Assembly (NCBI GenBank): GCA_043228905.1
Contig: JBHGNT010000014.1
Location: 17,856,001-17,920,000, forward strand
Direction of reading: 5' to 3'
Origin: Azolla caroliniana
Lineage: Eukaryota > Plantae > Polypodiophyta
Length of the DNA stretch: 64,000 bases
In this document: one piece after another, positions 36,759 through 49,764 of the stretch
How the letters are laid out: every line of letters starts with the position of its first letter
Numbering within the stretch: position 1 is the first letter of the stretch
The notes under the pieces: generated by a model
Databases searched by the model: none
What the model was told of the DNA's origin: nothing
The model's input: the letters and a program-made list of their open reading frames with translations, nothing else
Program-made: the position numbers and the translations under genes

Positions 36759-37108
36759 CACTTTTGCACACTAATCTAGCCCCAACAAGAATGACAACAA
36801 CACTCTCAAGTTTGCCCTAAGTCATATTTATACTAATATGACTTTTCGGCTATTTACAAATATAGCCACGATGGACTCTTAGAAACATATTTACGAATAT
36901 GTCTCTTCATACGGTGAGCACTCCTCACCGGGCCTGCATCATCCGGCGCTTGCCGGGTACTCGTCATCCGGTTCTCACTGGGTCTTCCGTTGCCGGGTAC
37001 TCCTCATCCGGTTCTCATCGGGTCTCCCGGATAGCTGGGTATTCCTCCTCCGGTTCTCCGTAGCCGGGTACTCATCATTTCCCATCCGGAGGGACTTGTT
37101 TCCTAACA
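30916..37108 (-). mobile_element. Full-length Ty1/copia element of the same family, nested in opposite orientation
   Basis: 5' LTR 37108-36443, PBS TGGTATCAGAGC (36439-36428), gag-PR-IN-RT-RH fragments 36412-31607, PPT, 3' LTR 31596-30916, and TSD GAATG (30911-30915, 37109-37113). ORF broken by stops. Confidence 0.95.
33021..33775 (-). mobile_element. Solo LTR of a sister subfamily inserted in the RT of the nested element
   Basis: TSD CAACT (33016-33020, 33776-33780). Removing it restores KWVYKL|KPGD. Contains about four 54-bp CCGG-rich repeats. Confidence 0.9.
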
Positions 37109-40100
37109 GAATGAAGGTACATGCCCAATTGTCGGCATAGGAGACGTGTGGTTGACAACACCAACCGGATGCAAGCTGCTGCTGAAGGATGTCCGACACG
37201 TTCCGGAGGTTTGTCTGAACCTGATATCAGTCAGTCGGCTAGATGATGATGGGTAGCATCTGGAACGGTGTTATGAAGTTCAGCAAAGGGAGCCTGATTG
37301 TGGCTCGGGCCCGGAGGGTCAACACGTTGTACCTGATGAATGCCCGGTTATGCCCGGAAGAAGTGAACGTGGCATCCGACACTACCGGTGAGCTGTGGCA
37401 CAAGAGGTTGTGTCACATGAGCGAGAAGGGGATGAAGAGGCTTGCAGAAGACAACCTCATTCCAGTGAAGAACATGCACTTGGAGAAGTGCACTGATTGT
37501 CTGGCCGGTAAACAAAACCGACCTCCTTCTGATCGAGGCCACCGATGAGACGTAATGCACCACTGGAGTTGGTGCATACTAATGTATGTCAAGTGGACAC
37601 GAAGTCACATGCCGGATCGTAGTACTTCGTGACATTCATAGATGACCACATCCGGAAGCTGTGGGCCACACCGTTGAAGACGAAGGATCAGGTGTTATCC
37701 GTCATCAAAGAGCTCCACGCGAGAGTGGAAAGAGAAACCGGTCGGAAGCTGAAGGCGGTTCGAGCAGATAATGGAGGTGAATACCGGGGGCAATTCGAGG
37801 AGTACTGTCACTCGAAGGGAATCCGGCTCGAATTTACCGTGCCGAAGACGCCGGAACTAAACGGGCTGGCCGAGAGGATGAACCGGACCATAATGGAGAG
37901 GGTCCGGAGTATGCTGGCGCATGCAAAATTACCCAAGACGTTTTGGGCTGAGGCGTTGTCGATAGCGACGTATGTGATAAACAGATCACCCTCAGTGCCC
38001 TTGGATGGAGACACACCGCAGAAGGTGTGGACCGGTAAGGAAGTGTCCTACCGGCATTTGAAGGTGTTCGGGTGTCTCGTGTACGTGCATGTTGCTAAGG
38101 ACCGGAGAGGAAAGTTGGATCCAAAGACCCGGCCATGCATATTCCTCGGATATGGCGATGATGAGTTCGGCTACCGAGTGTGGGATCCGGTTGACAAGAA
38201 GGCTTTCCGGAGTCGAGATATTATCTTCATGGACGACAAGACCCTTGCCGACTGGGAGTCGGAGCAGAAGATAATGAACTCCGATGAGATTCGGACACAC
38301 CCGACTAAGAGCCGGTTGACACTCGAAGAACCACCTGGTTACGGTGAGAATACCGAACCGGCAGAAGAAGAAGTAGAGGAAGCTGAAATCGGAACCGGCC
38401 AAGATCCCGAATCGGATTCGGATGAAGAACAAATAGAGGAGCCGGTTGCCGAAAGCCAAAGACGGAGATATCCTCTCAGAGAGAGAAGGCCCCCCAGAGA
38501 TTTCCGGATGCAGAGCATGTGCTACTGACCAATGAGGGAGAGCCGAAAAGCTTCGAAGAAGCAAAGGATGACACCCAACGCCGAAAATGGTAAAGTGCCA
38601 TGCAAGATGAGATGGATTCCCTGCATGAGAACCATACGTATGAATTGGTGGAGTTGCTGAAAGAAAAGCGGGCACTCCAAAATAACTGGGTGTACAAGTT
38701 GAAACCGGGAGATGTCAGCAACCCCCCGAGATACAAAGCCAGGATTGTGGTGAAGGGGTTCCAGCAGAAGAAGGGTGTGAACTTCGACAAGATATTTGCC
38801 CTAGTAGTAAAGATGACCTCCATCCGGACGGTGCTGAGTATAGTGGCAAGCATGGACCTCAAGGTAGGGCAGCTAGACGTCAAGACGAAATTCCTTCACG
38901 GTGACCTCGAAGAGGAGATCTACATGCAGCAACCGGAAGGATTCGTGGAGAAAGGGAAGGAGCACCTGGTTTGCCGGTTGAAGAAGAGCTTTTACGGACT
39001 AAAGCAGGCTCCCTGACAATGGTACCGGAAATTCGACTCCTTCATGACAGATCAAGGGTACCACAAGACGCAGGCCGATCACTGCGTGTTTGTGAAGAAG
39101 TTCGAAGGAGGCGACTTCCTGATACTCCTATACGTGGACGACATGTTGATCGTCGGACGGGACCAAGCCAGAATACAGATGCTGAAGAAGGCTCTCAACC
39201 GAACTTTCGCAATGAAAGACTTGGGTCCAGCAAGACAAATGTTGGGGATGCACATCATCCGGGACTGGTCAAAGAAGCAATTGTGGCTGTCACAAGAGAA
39301 ATACGTGACAAAGGTGTTTCAACGGTTCAACATGTTAGAAGCGAAACCGGTCGGATCGACACTCCCAGCAAACTGCAGATTATCCGATAAGCAAAGCCCG
39401 AAGACGAAAGCAGAGAAGGCTAATATGATGAAGGTTCCATATGCCTCTGCCGTCGGGACCTTAATGTACGCAATGGTGTGTACCCGACCGGATATAGGAT
39501 ACGCAGTCGGAGTGGTGAGCCGGTTTATGAGCAACCCCAGCAAGGATCACTGGAACACGATCAAATGGATACTCTGGTACTTGAAGGGCACTTCGAATAT
39601 GTGTCTCCGATTCGGCTCCGGTAAACCTCAACTTGACGATTTCACCGATTCGGACATGCCAGCTGATGTGGATACCAGCCGGTCTACATCCGGGTATGTA
39701 ATGAAGTATGCAGGGGGAGTTGTTTCGTGGCAGTCGAGGCTGTAGAAGACGGTTGTGTTGTCAACCACGGAGGCGGAGTACATGGCGGTTGTGGAAGCCA
39801 GCAAGGAAATATTATGGATGAAGGACTTCATCGGAGAGCTCGGTATCCGGCAAGATGAATACCGACTCTATTGCGACAGTCAAAGTGCCATCCACCTTGC
39901 TAAGAACGCAGCGTACCATTCCAGGACGAAGCACATCCAGCGTAGGTATCACTGGATCCGGGAGCGAGTAGACGATCGAGAGTTCGCGCTGACCAAGATC
40001 CACACGGCCGAGAACGGGTCAGATATGCTGACCAAAGTGCTGATACCTGACAAGCTGGATGCATGTCGGAAGCGGATCGGACTAGTAAGACATCCCATGC

Positions 40101-43100
40101 CAGAGTGAAGGGGGAGTTTGTTAGGAAACAAGTCCCTCCGTATGGGAAGTGAGAAGAACAGTGTCGATGAGCAAACTCGGCCGAGGCCGATAGGCCGAGG
40201 ACGAAACCGGATGACAAGTACCCGGCAAGAGCCGGATGGTGAAGGCCCGATGAGAAGTGCTCACCGGATGAAGGGACATATTCGTAAGTATGTTTTTGAG
40301 AGTCCATCGGGACTATATTTGTAAATAGCCGAAAAGTCATATTAGTATAAATATGACTTAGGGCAAATAGAGAAAAATAGGATTGTCGTTGCCATTCTTG
40401 TTGGTGCAAGATTAGAGCGCAACAGTGTATAGAGAGAGAGAGAGAGAGAGAAAGAGACGAAGAGTTCGTATCTTTGTTGTAACCGCTGCCTGTGGTGAAG
40501 ACAGTGAACAAGAGGTCGTTGCCTCTATGTTCATCTGTTGTATATTGTTACATAGTGATAGTTAGCCGTTAGTGGACTGCCGTGGTTTTTCCCGTGTTGG
40601 GGTTTTCCACGTAAACATCTTGTGTACTCTTCTCTCCATTGTGTCGTGCATTCATTCCCGTTTTTCTGTGTTTTGATTCTAAGCTTGGTTGTGGCCGAGC
40701 GTTGTTCATTGGGAGCGCATAGTTCCTGTCACTTATCGACCATCATCGATGATACACAACATATTGTCTATTGTGTTGCCAATGCATCCATTCCTAGCAA
40801 TGGGCCCGGTTTCGGCTCAAACCGAACCGAACCCTTAAACCGTGGCTTAACGGTTTATTGGTTCCAAGATAAATAAACTGTTTGGTTTGGTTTCAAATGC
40901 TATGATCCGGTTTGGTTTTAGTTCGGTTCGGTTTTGAATTTTATGGTTTAGCGGTTTATAGGTTTCGGTTTATGTAGTTCAATTTAAAGGTTTATAAGTT
41001 TAAAGGTTTAAAGGTTTATAGGTTAAAAAATATTCTTAATTTTTCATCTCTATGCTCTAACTTTCAACTTTTAATTTTAGACCTCTAGGCTCTAACTTAT
41101 TAAAATTTATATGCATTATAAGTAGTCTCCTTTTGATGTATGATTTTCTTTCTTTTTTTCTTTTTTTTTCTAAACAAAAAACTCCTTCCATTAGTAATAA
41201 AATTTTACAAATGAGACGATTATGTACAAATCCTTGAAGGGACGCAATAGTTCCATCTTATGTGGATGCCCACTGACTCAAGAAAGGGAGAGGACGACCA
41301 TTGCTGGATGAAGGCTATTCGTTGTCTTTCAACACCCTCGGAGCCGCCCTTAAGGCCATCATATTGGTTCTTCAGAGTGGCTACAATTTCACTCCATATC
41401 TCTTGCAATAACCTTGTTGGATGTGCGGTTTGGTTGGAGAAAACTTGCCTACATCATTGTTTCCATAGAATCGAAAGGGTTATTGGGCTGACAAATTCCA
41501 ACACCTCTTAAGATTTGTCATTAAGAGGAATGGAGTGGACATTGCCGCTGGAGGAGAAAAGGACCTCTTGTGCTTTTATCACCAAAGTCATCCCCTCTTC
41601 CTGATGCTCGTATCTGCCAATTACAGCCTGCCATGATAACCAACATATATTTCCCCACTTGATTGAGCCTTGCACATGGCATAATTGCAACAAGCGGCCA
41701 ACCCCCCACCATATTTGATGGGACGTTGGGCAATTCCACAGAGTGTGTCGTATGGATTTGATTGCATGTGGGCACTCTACACAATTAGGAGAGCTAAGGT
41801 TCCCACGTTGCCATGCTCCCACCGATAGGGACTTATGTATTAATAGCCATTGGAAAGTGGTAATTCGCCTCGCGTGTTGTTGTTTCCAGATTTTCTGCCA
41901 AAACTTGGTGATTATTGCGGAAGGGACTTGAAATGTGTGCCAGACCTTTGCTGCAACCGTTTCTCAGGCAGCTTAAGCAGCTAGAATGTGGCGACCCAAT
42001 CTAGCTGTGAATTGGAAGAAAGGGATGGGTTTGCTTCCTTGCCCCGTGTAGGGATCACGCCATGTCCATTGCAAAGGGTCCCAACTAACCTTACGTAGCC
42101 ATGTGTTTTCATGAGTACATATATGCCAATCGGGTTGTACTTTGATCGGATCAGGATCTACAATCCATTTATGACCAGTATAAGCGAGTACTCGAATTGC
42201 GTTATTCTGTGTTGGTGTCTCAGTGTCTCGCAATTCAGAGCCTTCGTGTCTGTCTGGTGGTCCCCTACCTCTCGGGATCAGAGATCCCTCCTCCTTGTGG
42301 CCTATCCATTTCTTCCTTGTCGTCCTTTGAGTAGCAGATTCCCTAATCAGTAGAGCGTTAATGATTTTCGATCTCATAGTCCATCCGCCCCTCATTCCAT
42401 GGAGTATGTTTGCCTGATCTTGTAGTGGCATTGACATAAACTGTCGCTAACATTCTATACTTTTTCCTAGACCTTCTACAATGTATCCCCATGACAACCC
42501 CTTACGTTGTCATGAAAATCCGTCACTATGTGCGGATCTTGAGGCGGAACTACTGAGGTTCTGAACTGGAAGGATTTAGTGCAACACGTACAACACAAGC
42601 AATTCACATATAAGACGAGTAGATGAGAGAAAACGTTAGTATATTGCATAAGAAAATAGATTCTTTTATAATTCAAGAATCTTGTTACAACGGGTTGGAG
42701 ATGAAAATGCGAGATAATTTTTTTAAAGAAAGGAGCCAACAACCATATAAGGAGTGGTCCAATATGAATATGAGAGATTATTCTTGAAAGGAAGGAGCCA
42801 ACAACCCTGTAAGGAGTGGTCCGATATCAATATGAGAGAGATTTTTTCCCAAAGGAATGGAGAGAGAAGAAGGGAAAAAATGGAACATATATCAAGCTCT
42901 TTGTTGATCCTCCTTCCCAATGTTACTTTACATGTCCACTTTTAGTTGCATGGCCTCTATTTTTAGTTGCATGGCCTCTACTTTTAGTTGCATGCTTCCA
43001 TTTTTAGTTGCATGCCTTTTACTTTTAGTTGCATGGCCTTGGCTTTTAGTTGCATGCGACCGTCCGTATAGCCCCTGCGCAATCCGTATGTGCGTCGCAA

Positions 43101-43382
43101 CCAAACTATAGACGCGTCCGCGCGCAAAAGTCCTGACCACGCCGTGTACGCATCCGCACACTGTTACCGTATGAGATGTACGGGTGATTGATAAGTGATG
43201 GTGAAAGATGTAATGTATGTGTAATCTTATACGATTATGAGTGTGAATGTAAGTGTGAGTGTGGTGGATACAAAGAGGTGTGAGTGAGTGACTAGGTGTG
43301 AATGCCCAAGGGGCTTGCACCCTTGTGTATCTACCCTTTTGTAACTATTTAACCCCTTATGGGGAATGAATGGACAATAATC

Positions 43383-43444
<62 letters not shown>

Positions 43445-43447
<3 letters not shown>

Positions 43448-44642
43448 TCCTCTCTCTTCCTCTCTCTCCCCTTAATGTTGAACCCCCTTGGGAGGGGAGT
43501 GGAGCCATTCTAGGCACCACCCCCCAACCCGCAATGCTTCTCAATGATTCTCAACCTCTTCATAATCTCTCTCACCATCATACTCTCCATCGTCATCACA
43601 CCCACCATGTCTATCTTTATCATCAATCGTCATGATTATCATAAATGTTAACCCTAACCCTAAATTTGTCCTCTCTCTTCATCTCTCTCCCCTTAACATT
43701 GAACCCCCTTGGGAGGGGAGTGGAGCCATTCTAGGCACCACCCCCCACCCCGCAATGCTTCTCAATGATTCTCAACCTCTTCATGATCTCTCTCACCATC
43801 ATACTCTCCATCGTCATCACACCCACCATGTCTATCTTTATCATCAATCGTCATGATTATCATAAATGTTAACCCTAACCCTAAATTTGTCCTCTCTCTT
43901 CATCTCTCTCCCCTTAACATTGAACCCCCTTGGGAGGGGAGTGGAGCCATTCTAGGCACCACCCCCCACCCCGCAATGCTTCTCAATGATTCTCAACCTC
44001 TTCATGATCTCTCTCACCATCATACTCTCCATCGTCATCACACCCACCATGTCTATCTTTATCATCAATCGTCATGATTATCATAAATGTTAACCCTAAC
44101 CCTAAAACATACAACACACACGCGCGTCCCGACCGCGCCATGTACGCATCCGTGTGCTCAGCCGCACACACACGTACATCACATCCACGCAGTCGTGCAC
44201 GCGTACGCCCAGAACTTGCACACGCACTTACATCCGAAAACGTGTACACACGCGTACATCCACACGGCCATGCACAAACGCGTATGCCTGAAGCATCCAC
44301 ACGATCATGGATACGCACGTATGCGATCTCTCTCACCATCATACTCTCCATCGTCATCACACCCACCATGTCTATCTTTATCATCAATCGTCATGATTAT
44401 CATAAATGTTAACCCTAACCCTAAAACATACAACACACACGCGCGTCCCGACCGCGCCATGTACGCATCCGTGTGCTCAGCCGCACACACACGTACATCA
44501 CATCCACGCAGTCGTGCACGCGTACGCCCAGAACTTGCACACGCACTTACATCCGAAAACGTGTACACACGCGTACATCCACACGGCCATGCACACACGC
44601 GTATGCCTGAAGCATCCACACGATCATGGATACGCACGTATG
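43445..44642 (+). repeat. Near-perfect tandem repeats: 3 x 221 bp, then 2 x 319 bp (overlapping)
   Basis: 221-bp units start at 43445, 43666 and 43887; 319-bp period between 44107 and 44426. Preceded by (CT)n at 43386-43444 and a ~21-bp TTTTAGTTGCATG array at about 42940-43055. Confidence 0.9.
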
Positions 44643-44962
44643 CCCAAAGCGTCCACACCACACAATGTAGCCCAAGTCACCTTGAACATTCTGTGCTCCA
44701 CACATCAATAGAATAAATATGTTTTGGTATCCCTTATATATCCTGGGTTCCAATGTTGTCCTATCTATGTGGGATATCTCACAGTTTTGTCTTTTCTTTT
44801 TTTTTCTTCAAACTTCACTCACATAACTTCATACTTGTTTATCCATTTCATCCATAGTAAAATACGTTATGAAGTTCTTGAAGACATCTATCTTTCCATA
44901 TGAATACATTACGCTAATCTTAAATAATTGTTTTACTAGTTTTCATATCGTGTGTGAAAAAC

Positions 44963-45695
44963 TGACAAGAACACACGCTCCCTAAGCACAACCGAGGCTA
45001 GGATCAAACACAGAAAACGGATAATGAACGCATGACACAGTGAAGAGAAGAGTACACAGGATGTTTACGTGGAAAACCCAAACTAGGGAAAAACCACGGC
45101 AGCCCACAGGCTGCAAACTATCACTATGTTACAATGTACAACAGTAAAGCACCGAGGCAACAACCTCGAGCTTTCTATCTTCGCCACAGGCGGCGGTTAC
45201 AACAGAGGCAACAACCTCTTCCTCTCTCTCTCTCTCTCTGTACGCAGTTACACTCTCAAATCTTGCACCAACAAGAAATGACAACCACCACCATCATAAG
45301 TTTGCCCTAAGTCATATTTATACTAATATGACTTTTGGGCTATTTACAAATATAGTCCCGATGGACTCTCAAAAACATACTTACGAATATGTCCCTTCAT
45401 CCGGTGAGCACTCCTCACCAGGCCTTCACCATCCGGCTCTTGCCAGGTACTCCTCATCCGGTTCTCACCGGGTCTTCCGTAGCCGGGTACTCCTCATCCG
45501 GTTCTCACCGGGTCTTCCGTTGCCGGGTATTTGTCATCTGGTTCTCACCGGGTCTTCCATAGCCGAGTCTTTGTCATCCGGTTCTCACCGGGTCTTCCGT
45601 AGCCGGGTCTTCCACATCCGGTTTCGGCCTCGGCCGAGTTTGCTCATCAGTATTGTTCTTCTCACTTCCCATCCGGGGGGACCTGTTTCCTAACA
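44963..45695 (-). mobile_element. Solo LTR (copia, same family as the 29-40 kb LTRs)
   Basis: TGACAAG...CCTAACA ends and TSD AAAAC (44958-44962, 45696-45700). Confidence 0.92.
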
Positions 45696-48686
45696 AAAAC
45701 CACACGACAATGTGATCCCAATAGTTGATTAGATTCATCCTTGAGACATGGGTTCCATAGGATACGTTGACTGAGCTAGGCAAGTTCGGATCTCGGTTGA
45801 TCACACTTACGAATGTCACACCATGCCTTCCACATGGATGCACTGAATCTATCCTCCAATTGGTGGGAGAAACTAGGTTTGAGATCCATGTTTAGAATCC
45901 ATCCCATTTGGGGGGCCCAATTGACCCCTTTTCATGGCCTAAAGTAAGCGAAACGTAACCTTAGTAGCATTTTCCAACAATCATTTCCTAGTTGGAGTCC
46001 TCGCACCAGAAATTTGACAAGTAAGGCTTTTGATTGTGAAAGGGGATCAATAAGACCCAATCCCCCTCTTGACTTAGGCGTTGTGAGTATAGGCCACGCC
46101 ACCTTGGCGCGAGCTACATGGTCTTCCTTACCAGACCAAATGTAGTTGCGGACCAGTCATTGAATCTGATGTATACTTTCCTTGGAGATTTTCCAACATG
46201 ATAGACTATACCATGTTGTTGCGAGTAGTACCTGATTTGCCACTATGATGCGACCCGCAGTGACAATTTTTTCGAGCTCCAATGTATCAACTTTTGTCGA
46301 ATGGAAAGGATAACGGGTGCAATCATAGTCTCCGGCGGTATGTTGAAACCAATTTGGAAACCCAAATATTTGGTGCTTGCTCCTTGATTGATCCATTTGA
46401 AAGCGGGGTGTGGGTGCCACGCCAGATGTGTTTCCTGAGAGAGCCATATTGTGCAGGATTTGTGCCAATTGATCATGGCGTTGGATCTCTTGCAAAATAC
46501 AGCTAGCCCATTTTCTAGCTTTTGGAGGTTTTCCAAGTCCCCTTGCAGGTAGACTCCTATGTCATCTGAAAATTCTATATCCAGGATGCTTTTGTGAGAA
46601 TGAGGTACGGGAAGACCACGTAGGTTGAGATGTCACGAGTTGAGAAAGCAAGAGAGTGCTTCGGCGTATAATATAAATAAGGATGGAGCTAGTGGGCATC
46701 CTTGCCGTACAGATCGAGATATTCGGAAAAAGGGGCCCCTTTCACTTGCCAACGAAACGCAACTGCTGCCATTCCTATAAAATCTTGCAATGCCTTTGAT
46801 CCATGTCTCTTGAAAGCCTAGTTTCCTCATCACACTTTCTAGAAAGTTCCAACATACCCTGTCATATGCTTTCTCAAAATCTAGTAGCACCACCGCTACC
46901 TTGTTGTTGGTATGCTTGGCAAGGGCTATTGCTTCCCAGAATGAGAAGAGGTTGTCTAGGATGCTCCGATTTCTAACGAAACCTATCTGGGACAGATGAA
47001 TGAGTTGAGGGAGAAGTGGAGTTAAACGGCATGCCACGATTTGTGCGAGCAACTTATAGACAGTATTGAGAAGAGTAATGGGCCGCCACTAGCTAATGTC
47101 GTTGGCATTCCCACCACTTTTAGGAATGAGATGTATCATCCCCTATCCAAATTCCTCCGGCAAGCTTCCAGAGGTGATGATCTCCTCATATGCCTGGAGG
47201 AGGTCTTCTTTAATAGTGCCCCAAAGGCATGTGAAAAAGTGCGGGGTGAGACTGTCGATTCCGGGGCAGCTATCGACATCTAAATTAGTGAGGGCCTCCC
47301 ATATCTCAATGATTGATAGGGGACGCACGAGCCAGGTATTCATTTCCGGCGTGACTTTCTCGGGTATGATTTGGAGGATAATATCTTCTCTTATGTCTTC
47401 CCCTGTAGCTATAATGTCTTCGGTAAGTAGACGGCTATAATACCTTGTGGCAATATTCCTCATCTCTTCGCCATCCTCAGTGGTCGTTCCATCCTCTTAG
47501 TTTCAGAGGCTGTGCATCACAGTTCTAGCGTGCCTCGAGCCTTTGGAGTGGAAGAATTTCCTTTGTGGTTTTGTCCCCTACTCGAATCCATCGCGCCATG
47601 CTTCCATGAAACTCCATGTCATATATTTCCTTTTCCGCCATGCTAAGTTCTTGTTTGGCTGTGGCGAGTTGTCCTATGATCCAAATACAGGACGAGTATC
47701 TCTGTTGGAGTCATTGTAAGGCTATTAGTCCCCGTTTTGTCCTTTGTCGCTTCTCCTGAGCATCCTTGCTTCTGGTCTTGACAATCTCATGTAGGAGAGT
47801 AGAACCTCTTGTTAATTTAGCTAAAAGTTTGTTCGATGTTGATGAGCCATTGACGGGTAATGAACATTGGTTGGATAGTAGTTTGTAAATAGTGTGTGGG
47901 ATGCGAGTCTGGAATGGGCCCCATTTTCGGTGCAATTGAAAATGACCAGCTACCGGGTAATGGTCAGAGAAAGTCGTGCCTGGAGTTATGTGACACCAGC
48001 CTCCCTTCACTTCTAGAGCCTCCCCCACATAAATGCGGTCAATGCGGGTCCACTATTCCGCCCATCTGATTGGGAGAATATGAGAGAATCCCTTTTCCAT
48101 TGGAAGTTGGCAGAATGCCAGATGTCTCGCAGGTTAAGGTGGACACATAGCTTCTCCCATTGTTTACGTTCCCTTCCTTGTAGAACTATGGGGTTGTTGT
48201 TGGAGCTATCATGAATGGATTTGATCATATTAAAATCCCCTCCAATGCATCACTCTTCCTCACCCACTACTTGTAGGCGGATGCGGTCCCAAAATTTTGC
48301 TCTTTCTGTTCTACTATTTGGAGCATAAATGTTCATGAAGTTCCATTGTTGCCCTTGGATGGCCAACGTGCAAAAATGTGCCCTACCAGGTATAAGTGAT
48401 TCTTGGTGTATTAAGCCTTGGGCTAGATGTTCCCGAATCAAAGTGCAAATACCACCATGATTTCCATCCTCCCCAATTGCTGGCTCCCAAATCGTTCGCC
48501 ATGATCCTGGTAGAAGGTCTCCGACTTCCGTTAACTGTGTGTTATCGAGGTGGTGTTCCTACAACATGATGATGTCAGCACCACTCCCTAGTAAATATTC
48601 TTCAAGATCCCTTCTCAGTTTCCATCTATTTTGCTGGTCTAGTCTACTTCTAAGTCCTTGCATGTTCCATGTTATAATCTTCATAC

Positions 48687-49764
48687 TCATGGAATGGGGT
48701 GGGAGATTGCTAGTTGTTCCTGGTGCTTTGTACAACAGGTCGTGAGTGGGGAGCACTCACCATTTAGACATCTAGTCATGTCCAGGGATGGAATAGTGGT
48801 CCACATCCATGAGTGGAGTTTGTGGGCTATCCTATGAGCTTCAATCGCCCCTTCATGCTTCTCATAGAAATAGACAAAGCTTGGAGTTAGTTGGGTGTCT
48901 ATGATAGTCCGCAGGTGGATGTGGCAAAGATGGAGGTCCTCTTTATCCATGGTGCACCAGAATTCAATGTTATGCCAATGTTGCTTTAGTTCATTCATGA
49001 GCTCTTCATCTCTTATTTGTGCTACAAAGCACGTTGCTTGGCTACATAACATATCTTTAATCTTGGATTTCAACCAATCTTCCTGAGTCGGAAGCAAGAG
49101 TGGAAAGGAGATTGAGGTCGTCGGAATTCCGTTATTGTGTACCGCTGATACATGTACGCTTATTTTTTCCACTATCTTGAGCCCTATACCTAGCCATTTC
49201 AAGGCGTTTCGTGGGTGTGGTTCAAGGTCTTGGCTAGAGGAAGCACACTCATTTGTGTCCAGGACGACTATGATTTGAGGCGTGACATTCACACTTCTGC
49301 CTTGGTTTGTTGCTTCTGCATTGAGTGCCGTTCCACTCAAGCTCCTTATTAAGGTCTTTACATGACTTATTTGTCTGCGCTTCCCTGTTTTGTAAGCTTT
49401 AACGAGAACTTTCTCTTGTGTGCTTGGTGTCACCTTAGGCCGTTCCTTGGGGCTTAAGAAAAAACTAGGGGAATGCTCGTCTGTGGGGGGGAGCTCTTGT
49501 AGTAGATCAAAACGATTGGGGCTCATAGGCGATGGAGGATTTTGTGCCGATGATGTTTTTTGAAGGACATGGGTTTTTTCCACCACTCGCCATTCCATCA
49601 CAGCCTTGTCGGGTCGTGGTGGGGGAGGCCCTAAATGATGGACTCCTCGAACTGGAGGAGGGCGATGCAGTAGCGGCGGGGAGGAGAGGCGTCTGTGTCA
49701 ATGAACAGTGGGAGGCTTCTAGACCCTCACGTTTCCGTTGCTTCGGCTCCTGCTCCGGCTCCAT
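48687..49764 (-). pseudogene. LINE ORF1 (probable start MEPEQEPKQ at 49764, one frameshift near 49600)
   Basis: A 304-aa open frame (49601-48687) lies directly upstream of ORF2; its TGA overlaps the ORF2 ATG (ATGA). Confidence 0.7.

Larger units (their letters stand above)
30093..40731 (+). mobile_element. 5'-truncated Ty1/copia element (gag-PR ... IN-RT-RH, PPT, 3' LTR 40119-40731) hosting a nested element
   Basis: gag with CFYCGKPGHFQKNC and protease WVVDSGA (30102-30915), resuming at 37109. Integrase RADNGGEY, RT LLYVDDML, RNase H STTEAEY. PPT GAAGGGGGAG before the LTR. Several stops and frameshifts. Confidence 0.93.
42485..45706. mobile_element. TIR-less non-coding insertion with hairpins near both ends, flanked by the direct repeat ACAATGT
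   Basis: ACAATGT at 42478-42484 and 45707-45713. Excision leaving one copy joins ORF2 text in frame (WDHIV|EGLGK). Hairpin CATGACAAC-7nt-GTTGTCATG (42490-42514), and TCGTGTG...CACACGA after removing the solo LTR. Confidence 0.75.
41220..48690 (-). pseudogene. LINE ORF2 (endonuclease-reverse transcriptase), fragmented and interrupted at 42485-45713
   Basis: Ordered fragments at 48559-48690, 48250-48441, 47143-47463, 46633-47052, 46157-46536, 41973-42437, 41508-41822 and 41220-41408. Confidence 0.88.

Noticed and set aside
43632-44716. His-rich ORFs (up to 209 aa)
   Set aside because: They arise from CA/CAT-rich tandem repeats of 221 and 319 bp, which are not multiples of 3; no sign of coding selection and no HUH transposase motifs.
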